NCBI RefSeq assembly: GCF_009914755.1
Contig: NC_060936.1
Source: the human T2T-CHM13v2.0 reference genome, Homo sapiens
Reading direction: 5' to 3' (one strand)
Length of the DNA stretch: 64,000 nt
Position numbers and translations under genes: made by a program. A model generated the notes under the pieces. The model was given only the letters and a program-made list of their open reading frames with translations, did no database searches and was not told where the DNA came from. Each line of letters begins with the position of its first letter. Position 1 is the stretch's first letter. Below, piece by piece: positions 40,530 to 53,754 of the stretch.

Positions 40530-41066
40530 ATTTTTATTTTATTTTTTAAGTTCCAGGCTACATGTGCAGGATGTACAGGCTTGTTACATAGGTAAATGTG
40601 TGCCATGGTGGTTTGCTACACCTATCAACCCATCACCTAGGTATTAAGCCTAGCATGCATTAGCTATTTTTCCTAATGTTCTCTCTGCTTCCCCACCCTC
40701 CCCTGACAGGCCCCAGTATGTGTTGTTCCCCTTCCTGTGTCCATGACCCAGCAATCCCATTACTTGGTATATACCCAAAGGAATAGAAATCATTCTATTA
40801 CAAAGATAAATGTACATGTAAGTTCATTGCAGCACTATTCACAATAGCAAAGACATGGAATCAACCCAAATGCCCATCAATGATAGACTGGGTAAAGAAA
40901 ATGTGGTATATATACACCACGGAATACTATGCAGCCATAAAAAGGAATGAGATCATGACCTTTGCAGGGACATGGATAAATCTGGAAACGATTATCCTCA
41001 GCAAACTAACGCAGGAAGAGAAAGCCAAACACAGCGTGTTCTCACTTATAAGTGGGAGATGAACAA
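40530..41066 (-). mobile_element. L1PA (PA8-10-like) 3' end with 5' inversion
   Basis: 40530-40745 is the minus-strand 3'UTR; 40746-41066 is the plus-strand ORF2 end (IDWVKKMWYIYTTEYYAAIKRNE). Confidence 0.93.
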
Positions 41067-41395
41067 ACGGCTTATTTTATGCCTCAGTTAGATTCCAGAA
41101 ACGAGAAAAAGAAACCAAAGAAAGAAACAATGGGACCAGAGAGAGGAAGATTCACCCATAAAAGGAAGAAGGGCTCTTCTTAAGTGTTACATCCCAGGGT
41201 GGTGACCATGGCTGATAGGAAATGCTGTGATTAGATGCTTGCAGAGTGCTTAGGACAGGGCTTACCTGGCATGCAGGAATGGATAGGTGAAAGTTCAACA
41301 GTTAAAAAGTTTAAATACAGCATTAAGGCCCTGATATTCAAGCAGATATAGACAGTTTCCTTAGTGATTGACTCCTAATGACTTTCAAATTGCTT

Positions 41396-42063
41396 ATCTT
41401 TCCTCCCTCCCTTCCTCCCTCTCCCCTCCTCCTTCCCTTCCCTTTCTTCTTCCTTCCTTCCCTACTTTCTTCCTTCCTCCTTTCCTTCCTTCCTCCCTCC
41501 CTCCCCTCCTTCCTCCCTCCCTCCCCTCCTTCCTCCCTCCCTCCCCTCCTTCCTCCCTCCCTCCTCTCCTTCCTTCCTCCCTCCCCTCCTTCCTCCCTCC
41601 CTCCTCTCCTTCCTCCCTCCCTCCTCTCCTTCCTCCCTCCCTCCCCTCCTTCCTCCCTCCCTCCTCTCCTTCCTTCCTCCATCCCCTCCTTCCTCCCTCC
41701 CTCCCCTCCTTCCTCCCTCCCTCCCCTCCTTCCTCCCTCCCTCCTCTCCTTCCTTCCTCCCTCCCCTCCTTCCTTCCTGCCTCCCTGCCTCCCTTCCTTT
41801 CTTCCTCCCCTTCTTCCTCCCTTCCCTTCTTCCTTCCTTCCTCCCTCCCTTTCTTCCCTACTTCTTTCCCTTCTTCCTTCCCTCCTCCTTCCCTTCCTCC
41901 CTCCCTGCCTGCCTCCCTTCCTTTCTTCCTCCCCTTCTTCCTCCCTTCCCTTCTTCCTTCTTTCCTTACTCTCTCCTTCCCTTACCTTCCTCCTTCCCTC
42001 CCTTCATCCCTTCTTTCCTCCCTCCCTTCCTTTCTCCTCTCTCTCCCTCTCTCCCTGTTTTCC
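41396..42063. repeat. Polypyrimidine tract with 20-bp minisatellite core (ctccctccctcccctccttc)
   Basis: Visible directly; near-pure C/T for ~670 bp. Confidence 0.98.
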
Positions 42064-42539
42064 TCAATGAAGAAAACGATGACGGCTGTGAAGATACAGT
42101 CACAAATAAACACAGGACTGGGAAGAGGGGGAAAAAGATTCCCTGGCTTAGGAGAGAAGAGACCACTGAAAGATTCTCTCTGCCCATGCAGACTCCTGCT
42201 TGCCATCGCAGACTTCTGACCTCCCTGGAGTCCCTGGGGAGTTCTGTAGGTGATGGGACCATGTGTAGCTGATCTTGTCCCTGTGGGGCACCTGCAGTGT
42301 GATTTGTCCACTGGCTCATTGAGCTCAATGACAATGAGCTCTTCAAGGGCAAGGGACGTGTCTGGTTCATCTCAGCCTCCCCTGGGCCTGGCCCAGGACC
42401 TGTCTGGCTCAGAGCAGTCACTAACGAAGACCTAGTTGCATTAAACTAAGGTAGGGCAAGGCTAGTTTGCATATACAGGAAATTCCCCTAATAAGAATTA
42501 AGGATAAGAACTTAGATGCATTCAAAGTGCTAAGGGCTG

Positions 42540-42700
42540 TGAGGCCTCCTCTAGTCTTCTCCGTGACTATGGGGAAAGAGACATAGCTATTCCGCATTTT
42601 GCAAATAAAGAAATGAGCCCAGAGAGATGCCCAGCTGGTAGGAGGCAAAGCCAGAACTGAACCCAAACTGGGCAGCCTCCGAACTGCCGAGTCTGCACTG
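42540..42700 (-). mobile_element. MIR fragment
   Basis: cattttgcaaataaagaaatgagcccagaga...gcaaagccagaactgaacccaa. Confidence 0.65.
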
Positions 42701-42880
42701 CCCTCCATCCCATCAGCCAGCGCTGGAGCTGGGAACCCTGGACTCTGCATGCCTCCATGGGCCCCCTTTCTCCAGCAGTGGGAGAATCTCCAAGAGGGAA
42801 TCAGAAAAAGCTCAGCACTATCTGAGCTCATGCTCCACCACCCCGCCTGCATCCACAGACCTCCCGGAGAGGGGAGGAAA

Positions 42881-42927
42881 GGAGAGGAGAGGAGAGGAGA
42901 GGAGAGGAGAGGAGAGGAGAGGAGAGG
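42881..42927. repeat. (GGAGA)n microsatellite
   Basis: Visible directly. Confidence 0.95.
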
Positions 42928-43299
42928 GAAGCACAGAGGAGCAGGGAGCAGCCTTGATGAGCAGGGGTGACAGTGCCAGGTGTTTTGCTGACAGGAGATT
43001 AACCTGGGGGTTCTGCGGATCTGAGGCCGACAGACAGGTGTGACAGGAGGGCACAGGGTTTCTGACACCACTGGTGCCCTTTTGGAGACAGCAGGGCAGA
43101 GTCAGGGTACAGAAGAGGCTTGGTTGTCCCCAGTGCCACTGAAGCGTGAGCAGCGGTTCCTTGCTGCTCAGGTACCTGCCGGTCCTCAGCACTGCAGCCC
43201 GGCCAACAGGAATGGAGCCCCACATGGGGTCAACTCAGCTCTGTAAGACAACCACCCCTTGAGGGGAGGAAACTGGATGCTTTTACAAAACTGTGGAGA

Positions 43300-43540
43300 G
43301 AAGGCAGCAAGGCATTGGAGCAAACGATTAAGGCTTGAATTCCAGCTCTGCTGCTTACAAACAGGGAACAGTACTTAACCTCTCTGACCCTCAGTGTCTT
43401 CATCTGTACAGCAGAGCCAAAAATAGTATCTCAAGTGTCTAATGGTGTCCAATAATATGAGCTTGCCTAGCCCACGGGTTCCTTGAAGACATGGCTGTGT
43501 CTTACGCAGTGCCCAGAGAGGTATCAGCCATATAGTAGCT
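43300..43540 (+). mobile_element. MIR
   Basis: ttgaattccagctctgctgctta...acttaacctctctgaccctcagtgtcttcatctgta. Confidence 0.8.
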
Positions 43541-43758
43541 GTTCGATTAAGAAAAAATATCCACTGAACAAAGAAATGTGCAAACAAATGTACAAAACCA
43601 CAGATGATTTTATCGTCACCTCCAGACTTTGGGTTAATAAGGCATCACTATTATAATTTTTAAAACAAGGAGATATCAGCTCAGAGAATAAAGAAACTTG
43701 CTCCAGAATGCAGGGCTTTGCAGCTGTTACATGCTTCCAGAACTGTGGGGAATAGAAT

Positions 43759-44045
43759 CAGAGTGGCCTCTCTCATCGGCACCTGAGGCACAGTGCCTGG
43801 GGCCCACCCTATGTATAGGTGCCCATGAAAATCCTTTCATTTTCATTTATTTTACAAACAGAAGAAAAAAATAAATAAAATAATAATGAGTACGGCAAAA
43901 TGATTCCAGGATGGATTATATGATCTTTATACCAACATAGTTTAAAATATAATTTTTAATTTTTTCCTTTTTCCTTTTTTAATGGAGAAGGGACCAATGA
44001 AAGCCAAAGTACCTTGGGCCCACACTGAACAGCATGAGGCCTCTG
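43759..44045. mobile_element. ORSL-like hAT-Tip100 MITE
   Basis: aggcacagtgcctggggccca...tggattatatgatctttataccaac...aaagtaccttgggcccac. Confidence 0.7.
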
Positions 44046-44384
44046 CGGCAAAACATCCATGGGAAATTGCATGGAGCTCTGGGTGGGCTAATGAATAGGG
44101 TTAAGCACTGTGGAAACAGACTTGTACACAGTTGGGGGGTAATAGCTTAGACTTGGGGTGCACAGGGAATTCTGGGAGGTTGTCCACAGCTAGGGAGTCT
44201 CCCCACTATATTCTGTCCACAGGTAGCAGCCCCTTCCCTTACTCATATTCCCCTTGGTCTATCCCTCACCACATCTCCACTTCTCACCTTGGCCCCAACC
44301 TGAGACAGACACATCCAGGCTTGGGGAAGGGTCATACAATTTTGGAACCAGGTGGCCTATAGATTTTATACCCTGGCTCCAGAA

Positions 44385-44590
44385 TGGGCCACACCTGGCT
44401 CAAATCCCAGCTCAGCCACTTTGTCGCTGAGAGATATTGAGCAAATTATTTCACCTCTCTGGGCCTCAAGTTTCTCATCTTTAAAATGGGGATAACAACG
44501 TTCCACAGGGTTGACGTGAAATGAAACAAGATCAGAATCCGTGTACAGTGCCTGGCCTATAATCAGTGCTCCATGAAGAATATCAGTTGC
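44385..44590 (+). mobile_element. MIR
   Basis: tcaaatcccagctcagccact...tttctcatctttaaaatggggataac. Confidence 0.88.
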
Positions 44591-44631
44591 CCCAGCTCAT
44601 AGAATCTCCAAGCATTAGAATCTAACTAACC

Positions 44632-45202
44632 CAGAGGTCAGCTAACTTACGGCACCAAGGCCAAATCCAGCCTGCCACCTGTATTTTTTATTTTTTGTAT
44701 GGCTGCAATCTTAAAATGGTTTTACATTTTTAATGGCTTGCCTAAAAATTTTTAAAAGAATCATATTTTGTGACATGGAAAATTTATATGAAATTCTAAT
44801 CTCAGTGTCCATCAACAAAGTTTAATTGGAACACAGTTGCACCTGCTCACTTTTGTGTTGTCTGTGGCTGCTTTTGTACAACAATGGCAGAGTTGAGTAG
44901 TCGTGACAGAGGCCATACGACAGGGCTCTCAAGGGTCCTTCAAGGGTGGCACCAGCGATGTTTGGGGCTGGATGATTCCTCATGTTGGAGGATGGTGCTG
45001 GGCATTGTAAGATATTGAGCTGTATCCCTGGTCCCATCCCACTGGCATTCCACTGCATTCTCTCCCCAGCTATGACAGCCAAAAATGTTTCCAGACACTA
45101 GGAGTGGAAAATCACTCCCAGTTGAAAACTACTGCCATATGGCCCACAAAACCTACAATATCTACTACCTGTCCCTTTATGGAAAAAGCTTGCCAACTCC
45201 TG
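44632..45202. mobile_element. MER58B with nested MER20
   Basis: ggccaaatccagcctgccacctg...gttgagtagtcgtgacagag [insert] tggcccacaaaaccta...ttgccaactcctg. Confidence 0.85.
44921..45134 (-). mobile_element. MER20
   Basis: caggg...tgacagccaaaaatgtttccagaca...gttgaaaactactg; 8-bp hAT-type TSD ccatacga/ccatatgg. Confidence 0.8.
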
Positions 45203-45399
45203 AGCTGACCCAACTTCCTTTTTGCACAAAAGAGAAACTGAGACACAGGGACGCATGCATGACTCGCCCAGATACACCCTGGATGGCGGCAGCTTGGAGT
45301 CTGCTTATATCGTTTTCTTATTTTTATATTTTTTTCTGAGTATGCTTTCTAGATATTACTCAGCCTCCTGGGTAAGAAGATTTTTGGATTTTAGGGAGT

Positions 45400-45686
45400 A
45401 TAAATCAATGAAATTTTTATAGGATAATTTGGCAATATAATTCAATAGCCTTGGAAATAAGCACACTTTATGACACAGAAATTACTCTTCTAAAAATGCC
45501 ACCTAAGGAAATAATCACGGATGCTCGCAAAGCTCTGTCGCTGGGCAGATTGTTTTAGAATAACAGAATTGTTTAAAATGCCCCCAAATCAGAAAACAAC
45601 CCAAATTTCAAACAATAAAAGAATGAGTAATAACACACAGGGTGTATTGTGAGATACTATGCAGCCATTAAAAATGATCCCAGTTA
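45400..45686 (+). mobile_element. Old L1 (L1ME-like) fragment
   Basis: cagaaattactcttcta...aaacaacccaaat...atactatgcagccattaaaaatga. Confidence 0.7.
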
Positions 45687-45687
45687 T

Positions 45688-46132
<445 letters not shown>

Positions 46133-46675
46133 TTATTAAGAACTCTAGTGAAACTACTTCTGCAATAAACCATAGTATTGTGTAAAAAATACATCAATGT
46201 TGCCAATTCTAATTTTTAAAATATGTCTGGTTTTAATAACAATGATTTGTACAGGCTGCATAGTTTACGCTACTGTCTAAGATTATATCACCTAAGTCCT
46301 TATAAAAGTTATAATAATCTCCTGCTAAAAAAATTTGTTGTCTATAAACCTAAAATAGTAATGACAATGACTTAAAAATGTTCTGATTCTCATTTTTAAA
46401 AGAATATGACAATCATCTCTCTTGCCTCTCTTCCTCCTAATCTCAGCACTCCTGTGGGCTTGGGAGTTGTGAGATGAACTCTGGGAGAAGTGGGAGCTCC
46501 TGGATGAAGCTTGATTGGTTCTAATTTACTCAAGAAAGCTTAGAAAGTCACACTGGGTGTGGCAAGACCAGGGTTGGATATGGGATCTAAGACAGTTTCC
46601 AAAGCAGTCAAATCAAGGTGTGCATCTGAGCTTCATGAAATGTTGTCAATACTTGAAAAGGCACATGCACGCACA

Positions 46676-46676
<1 letters not shown>

Positions 46677-46722
<46 letters not shown>
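46677..46722. repeat. (CA)n microsatellite
   Basis: Uninterrupted CA run of about 22 units. Confidence 0.98.
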
Positions 46723-46725
<3 letters not shown>

Positions 46726-47034
46726 TATCCACTGCAGATTACCTGCTATCAGTCAGCAGGGTGACGAGTGGATGGGATGTAGCATGGTTATGTTTACATT
46801 ATAGAAAGCTTATGTTCTTGGGGAATACGATGGGGAAAGTGAGTGGACATCTGGGGTACTCAAGAGCCAAGATTCATGATTGGCCAAGAACAGGTCCCGA
46901 GTAGAAATGACAGCTGAGCTCAGCACTCAAGTAGCAGCTGGGAACCTCTTATAACAATCATTTCTGGAACTCCTATTCTACTGGAGAAGTAGAGATAATT
47001 CTAACCAGTGATAACTTAAAATCACCTTTGTGAT

Positions 47035-47718
47035 TTCAGCCCTAAAAAGAAAGGAAATTCTGACACATGCTACAACATGGATGAGACTAGAGTTCATTAT
47101 GCTAAACGAAATAAGCCAGTCACAAAAGGACAAATATTGTATGATTCCACTCAAATGAGGTACCTAGTCCAGTCAAATTCATAGAGACAGAAAGTCAAAT
47201 GGTGGTTGCCAGAGACTATGGGGAGGAGGGAATGAGGAGTTAGTGTTTAATGAGTACAGAGTTTCAGTTGGGAAAGATGAAAAAGTTCTGGAAGTGGATG
47301 GTAGTGATGGTTGCACAACAATGTGAATGTACTTGATGCCATAGACCTGTACTCTAAAAAATGGTTAAAGTGGTATATCTCATCCAGGCGCAGTGGCTCA
47401 CGCCTGTAATCCCAGCACTTTTGGGAGGCTGAGGTGGGTGGATCATGAGGTCAGGAGATCAAGACCATCCTGGCCAACATGGTGAAACCTCGTTTCTACT
47501 GAAATACAAAAAATTAGCCGGGCGTGGTGGTGCACCCCTGTAGTCCCAGCTACTCGGGAGGCTGAGGCAGGGGAATTGCTTGAACCCAGGAGGTGGAGAT
47601 TTCAGTGAGCCGAGATCGCACCACTCCACTCCAGCCTGGCGACAGAGCAAGTCTCCGTCTCAAAAAAAAAAAAAAGGTAAATCTTATGTTATGTATATTT
47701 CATCATAATAAAAAAAAT
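47035..47718 (+). mobile_element. L1MB 3' end, split by AluSc
   Basis: ggaaattctgacacatgctacaacatggatga...gatggtagtgatggttgcacaacaatgtgaatgtactt...tatgttatgtatattt. Confidence 0.93.
47384..47675 (+). mobile_element. AluSc-like
   Basis: gatcatgaggtcaggagatcaagaccatcctggccaac, cctggcgacagag; TSD ggtatatctcat/ggtaaatcttat. Confidence 0.93.
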
Positions 47719-47879
47719 TTAAATCACGTTTGTGTTTGCCTTTGGAAGGCATGATGCAATTCTTCTTGCCAGAAAGTTTCCTTTTTCAAAGGTCAGCCAG
47801 AACAATATCTAAATGCCTTAGTACTCCCTGAAAAAATTAAAAAAGCAACCCAGAAGGTTGCTAGGAAATATGAAATTTA

Positions 47880-48570
47880 ACTTGTTCTGAGATACACAAA
47901 TAAGCAATTTGCAGAAGAAAAACCAGTGGCCAATACACCTATGAAAAAAATTCTGAACCTCACTATAATAATGGCAGTGCTATGGTTTGGCTCTGTGTCC
48001 CCACCCAAATCTCACCTCAAATTGTAATCCAGGTTTCAAGGGAGAAACATGTAGGGAGGCAATTGGATCATGGTGGCAGTTTCCCCCATTCTGTTCTGGT
48101 GATAGTGAGTGAGTGCTCACCAGACCTAATGGTTTTTTAAGTGGCAGTTCCCCCTGCTCTCTCTCTTTTGCTGCCCTGGAAAGATGTACCTTGCTTCCCC
48201 TTTTCCTTCTGCCATGATTGTAAGTTTCCTGAGGCTTCCCCAGCCATGTGGAACTGCAAGTCAATTAAACCTCTTTTCTTTAGAAATTACCCAGTCTCTG
48301 GTAGTAACTTTACATCAGTGTGGGAACAGACTAATACAGACAGATTAAGGCAAAACCATTTTTCAGCTCTTCGGCTAGCAAATCCTGACAAAGACTGATA
48401 GTATCCAGAGTTGGTAACAGTATAGGAAATGACTCTCTCATACTTCCCTAGTGGGGCTGTAATTCCACGTAACCTCACTGGAAAGCAATTTGTTGCAATC
48501 TATCAAAGCTCTATATGCACATACATTTTGACCTAACAATTCTACTTCTGTTATATCACATAGAAATAGT
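47880..48570 (+). mobile_element. Old L1 (L1ME-like) ORF2-end fragment, split by MaLR LTR
   Basis: tggccaatacacctatgaaaaaa...gaaagcaatttg...ttttgacctaacaattctacttct. Confidence 0.7.
47978..48338 (+). mobile_element. THE1D/MSTA-like solo LTR
   Basis: tgctatggtttggctctgtgtccccacccaaatctc...agactaataca; TSD ggcag/gacag. Confidence 0.94.
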
Positions 48571-48599
48571 AGTATATCAGACTCAACTCCCCCATTGGC

Positions 48600-49220
48600 C
48601 TCCCCAGAATTCCCCAGCCTCAGTCCCAGACCCAGCTGAGTCCCAGACTTTCAGCTACTGGCCCTGTCTAAGTTGTCACCCTGCACCCCAACTCCATGTG
48701 ACCCATGTGGTTTTGCCACCCGAGGCTGATCAGTGGCACCTCTAGAGTCTCTGGCCCCTCCTGCACTGGACTCAGATGAAACATGAGACCACAGGGCATG
48801 GGATTTGGCCTCTGTGAGCTACTGCCACATGGGCTAGCTGACACAACCTGTAAGTGAGGGAGAGTTAATGCCCTGTGGGGTGAACCTTGGTCACTGGAAG
48901 ACAGGATGTAAAAAGCAGTTGGGCAGATCCATTTTCTCTCCCTTCCTCTCTTCAATGGACTATTCTTGAAGCATGGTTTCTCTGCACAGCCTATCCTAAG
49001 GACATCACATGTGGATGAGCTGATGTATCTGCTAATGGACTGGCTGTGTCTCTTTGTGGCTCACAGTGAAGTGGTGGCCAGTGTGGTAATGCATCATCTT
49101 GCACGGTTTTCCCTGCTTCTCCATCCTTCACTTTCCATGCCCTTGAATTGTACCTCCCAAGTAATGTATTAGCTCTTCATCCCTGCCTCAGGCTCTGTAT
49201 TCTGAGGCAAGCTCAAGCAA
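48600..49220 (+). mobile_element. LTR16-family ERVL solo LTR
   Basis: gagttaatgccctgtggggtgaaccttgg...tccctgcctcaggctctgtattctgagg. Confidence 0.7.
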
Positions 49221-49229
49221 TTAGCATGA

Positions 49230-49620
49230 TGTTCAGAGATCTATATGCAAGCCATTGTGGTGCTGAGACAGTGAAAAGTTCAGCAAAATAGGGTAGCAAA
49301 TAAATAAATGATGGTACATCCACAGTATGAAATATTACATGTTGTTAATGCCATATACATATATGTACTGATACTAAAAAATATATTTAATATAGTGGTA
49401 GGTGATAATAAGCAAGGTGAAGAATAAGACATATTTTCATATTATTTAAATAAATAGAACACTACTATATGTACAGAAAAAAACTTAAAAAGGATGTACC
49501 CAGACTGGTTTCTAAGTGGACATATTCTGGTGGCAGAATGTGACCTTTTTACTTTATATAATTGTGTATTGTTTTAATTTGTTGCAATAAGCATAAATTA
49601 CTTTTTATAATTTAAATAAG
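49230..49620 (+). mobile_element. Old L1 (L1ME-like) 3' end
   Basis: aaataaatgatggtacatccacagtatgaaatatta...ttgcaataagcataaattactttt. Confidence 0.65.
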
Positions 49621-50471
49621 GAGTGAGTCCTAAAATCTAGAGAAAGTTTATTCTAAGGATAAGATACATGGAAGGATACAAATGAATAATTAAGAATTGA
49701 TTGGATTTGTTTGGGCTAAATGGAAAGTGCTCTGAAACTTTCTGGACCATATCTCCCTGGGTGGGCTGTTCAGAACTCCAGTTCATTAGCTGATAAAATG
49801 TGAATTTAATATCACTATTAGGAGTAAATGATGAATCTGGTTGAAAAAGGAACCTAACAGAAGATAAAAGGGGAGGCCATTGACATCTCCATGTGGAGAA
49901 AGGTCCCTTAATAGTTTTCTGTCATACTTTTGTGCATTCAGCTGTGGAAACTTGGGGAGAGGAAAATGAATCAACATTACAGGACTGCCTTTTAATTTAC
50001 GCCTGTGAAATAATTTTGACGATTGTTCATAAGTGTTTAACTAATGTTTGTTCTGGAAATGTCACCATTGCCTCTGGAATTTACTTTGATATTCTCTGAG
50101 TGTTACCTCTCTATTAATATGTGAGCCTGGAAAGAATTGCTCCCTGTTTTTTGTCCTGACATCTTTTTTGATGTGCTAAGACTTGGACTGAATTTGATTA
50201 TAATGATGGCAGTTGAGGGAAAAAAACTGTCTTAAAAGAAAATCTATCCCATGCTCTATCTTTCAGAGACCTAGGATGCCGTCCCTTCTCTTCTCACCAC
50301 AGCCACACTGGAGATATCCAGGGTACCCTTGGCCCCTAGGGTGTTCTCCTGTCTAGTCTACCCACTTTGGGAGCAAGAATCTTTGTAAGATGGTAGAGGT
50401 GAGCACCCACTCTCTTCTCCTGGTAAGACACACTCAGAGTCCTGAGGAAGCATGTTCCCTTCTCTCTTCAG

Positions 50472-50473
<2 letters not shown>

Positions 50474-50503
<30 letters not shown>
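50474..50503. repeat. (CA)n microsatellite
   Basis: Visible directly. Confidence 0.95.
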
Positions 50504-50505
<2 letters not shown>

Positions 50506-50789
50506 CAGATTCCTCTTTTGTCTAGAAAAATGTGTAGTGCTTTAAAGATGTTGGGGAAGCTCAGGCACAGGAGTTAAATCTTGCCCATTAGCTCAAACCT
50601 TGAGGAAGGATGACATCTGCCAACCAATGTTAAATGCTTGTTTTCTTTGCTACCAGCCCCCATTACCTACCCATCTCCAAGTCTTCAGTCTTCAGTAAGC
50701 TCATGACTATGACACAATCAGCTTATTACTATGTCCACCTAGTGACAAAGATGAGAGCCAATGCAATGTGAAAAGATGGTGACTAGCTC

Positions 50790-51131
50790 CTGTGAAACTA
50801 GGGCTCCCATGTCATAAGGAAACTCAAGGAGACCAATAGAAAGATTCATGTAGAGAGGAACTGAGGTCTCCTGCCAAAAGCCAGCACCAACTTGCCATCC
50901 ATATGAGTGTGTCATCCTGGAAGTGGATCCTTTCGGCCTCGGTCAAGCCTTCAGATGAGACTGTAGCCCCAAGCGACATACTGACTGGATATGAGGGACA
51001 CTTATCCAAAACTGCCCAGCCAAGCTGCTCCAAAATCCCTGACCCATAGATGCTGTGGGATAATAAATGTGTATTGCTTGTTAAGCCAGTAAGTTTTAAG
51101 ATAATTTGTTATGCAGCAGATAATACATACA
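50790..51131 (+). mobile_element. MLT1F-like LTR
   Basis: gaggaactgaggtctcctgccaaaagccagcaccaacttgcc...gtcaagccttcagatga...aatttgttatgcagca. Confidence 0.88.
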
Positions 51132-51143
51132 GATTTTAAACAG

Positions 51144-51501
<358 letters not shown>

Positions 51502-51713
51502 TCAATCAATTTGGAAAAAAAGAGAAGAAAAAGATCAGCAAAAGTCACTATAAGTAGCTGTCCAGCCCACAAGGCCTATGAGGAATTGCATTTTCCCCAT
51601 TCACATATTTGAGAGTTTAAGTTATTTCGCATGGCTGTTCAATAACTAAATAACTTCAGAAGGCTACAGAACTTGGGATGCTGGGTTCCTATGCCTGCTC
51701 TTTTCTCTGGAGA

Positions 51714-52072
51714 TGTGAGGCACCATCCAGATATCCCTTCCAAGTACCTGCCCTTGACTAAAGAAAACAGCCTTGCCCAAAATCACTCTCTCCTTGGGGT
51801 CAGCCCACTACTAAATACTGGTCAGTGAGGTCATATAAAGACCTGTGCCTTTTGTCCCAATTCAGAACAACTCTGCATTGCCAGCTCAGCTCCTGAGCAC
51901 ACTGTGAGGTTGGATGAGGTCTTTACTGAGACTGTATCACAGCCCAACTTCTCCTTCTGCCCAACCTTGCTTCCTTTACTCCCCTTGTTGTTGATTCCAA
52001 CAGTGTTCCCTAACAACCTTCTGATATGCTCATTTCTTTCTCAGATTCTGCTTCCTAGGAAACAACTTGAAA
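51714..52072 (+). mobile_element. LTR16A-like ERVL solo LTR
   Basis: gagactgtatcacagcccaacttctccttctgcccaa...tctcagattctgcttcctaggaaac. Confidence 0.75.
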
Positions 52073-52749
52073 TATCTGGCAATTCTTGGATAGAAAGCCA
52101 GGCTCCATGATTCATCTTTTTATTCTTCCTTCTCTCCTTGCTTTCTTTCATTCTTTTGTTCATTCATTCATTCATATGTGCATTAATGTAATGAACAAAA
52201 GCTAGGAGCCCTGCATTAACCAGAAATTCATTTCAAGGCACTGGGTTTAGCAGTTTTATGAAGATGTTTGTGGATGTGGTTTCCTTTGCATTCATCTTGT
52301 TTGGGGTTCAAGGCACTCCTTGAAGCCAAAGCTTGATGTCTTTTGTCTCTTTTGGAAAATTCTTGATCACTATCTCTTCAAATTTTGCTTCTCTTCCTTC
52401 TTCCTCTCCTCTCCCTCTGGAATCTCAATCAAAAAGACCTTTTCAATGGGTCCTATATGAGTTGCACACATTCTTTTCAGTATTTTCCATCTTTCCCTCT
52501 ACTTTTTGTTTCAATCTGGGTATTTTCTTCTAATCCTTCCACTAGTTCACTAATTCTCTCTTCAAGTGTGTCTGATCTTCTATTAAACCCACGTATTGAA
52601 TTCTTCATTTCAGTTTTTGAATTTTTCAGTTCTGAAATATTCATTTGACTTTTTTATAATTTCTAGATCTCTGCTGTAATTCTCTATCTAGTCATCTAAT
52701 GTCTTATATATCTTAATCATATTAATTAAAGTTCATGTCTTATAATAAA

Positions 52750-53100
52750 ATACAGCAATTAAAAATAACAAACTACTGATAAATACAACAACATGGATGT
52801 ATTTCAACAGCATAATGCTGAATGAAAGAAGCCAGATGCAAAAGAGTATATACTGTATGAAGCAATTTATATGAAATTCCAGAAAATGTAAAGTAATCTA
52901 TAGTGATAGAAGACAGATAAGTAGTTGATGGGTCTAGGAGGATGAAGTGATTGCACAGGGAATGAGAGAACATTTTGAGGTGATTAGAAGTTCTGTTTCT
53001 TCATTGTGGTAGCATTTATAAACGTGTATGCACGTGCCAAAACTTATCCAACTATATATGAGTATAATTTACTATACCTCAATAGTGTTGCTTTAAAAAA
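52750..53100 (+). mobile_element. L1MC/MD-like 3' end
   Basis: acaacatggatgtatttcaacagcataatgctgaatgaaagaagccagatgcaaaagag. Confidence 0.85.
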
Positions 53101-53754
53101 CCCAGATTAAACCTAGACGAGTTGAGGAGATAGCTCCCAATTCTGGAAAATCCCAGAACACAAGAATTAAGAATAAATTAAATTATGATAAAAGAAGATC
53201 AAGTCCATGTTTAATAAACTCAAATATCTGGATCTCTTCAGGGTCTGATTTTTGCTCCTGGTTTTCAGTCATGTCATTTTATGTCCTAATATTTCTGGTA
53301 ACTTTTTATTGAATTCTTAAAATTGTGCATAAAAATTTGAGGAGATAATTTGTGTTTCTGGATGATGTTATCTTTCTCCACAGAGGATTTAAATTTTCCT
53401 TCTGGCAAGCAGTTAGAAAAGAGGAAAATAACACTAATTCAATCAAGGATTGAGCAGATTTGATACTGGACTTCATTTTTATAAGCACTGGTCTATTTCT
53501 AGTTTACCCTTACTCTCAGAGTGTAGCCCCTCAGAGTCCCTACTGGACACATTGATATTTACCAAGGTCCCCTTCTGCTTGATGGAACTTGAGCACCAAC
53601 ATTTGTCCCTCAGCAACATGACATGCAGGAAGTTCTATTCAGCTTCTTAGTCTCTCAGCCGCCATTTTGGAATTAGCAAGTGTCTTGAGAGGAAATGCAG
53701 TATTGAACTTTGGGCTCTTTCCTCTGTGCCTCCTTTCTTTCTGGAGTCATGGCC

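Noticed and set aside
41338-42421. 283-aa, 230-aa and antisense G/R/E-rich ORFs
   Set aside because: Stop-free because of the polypyrimidine tract; low complexity.
42421-43071. 216-aa ORF
   Set aside because: Runs through (GGAGA)n and a MIR; no domain features.
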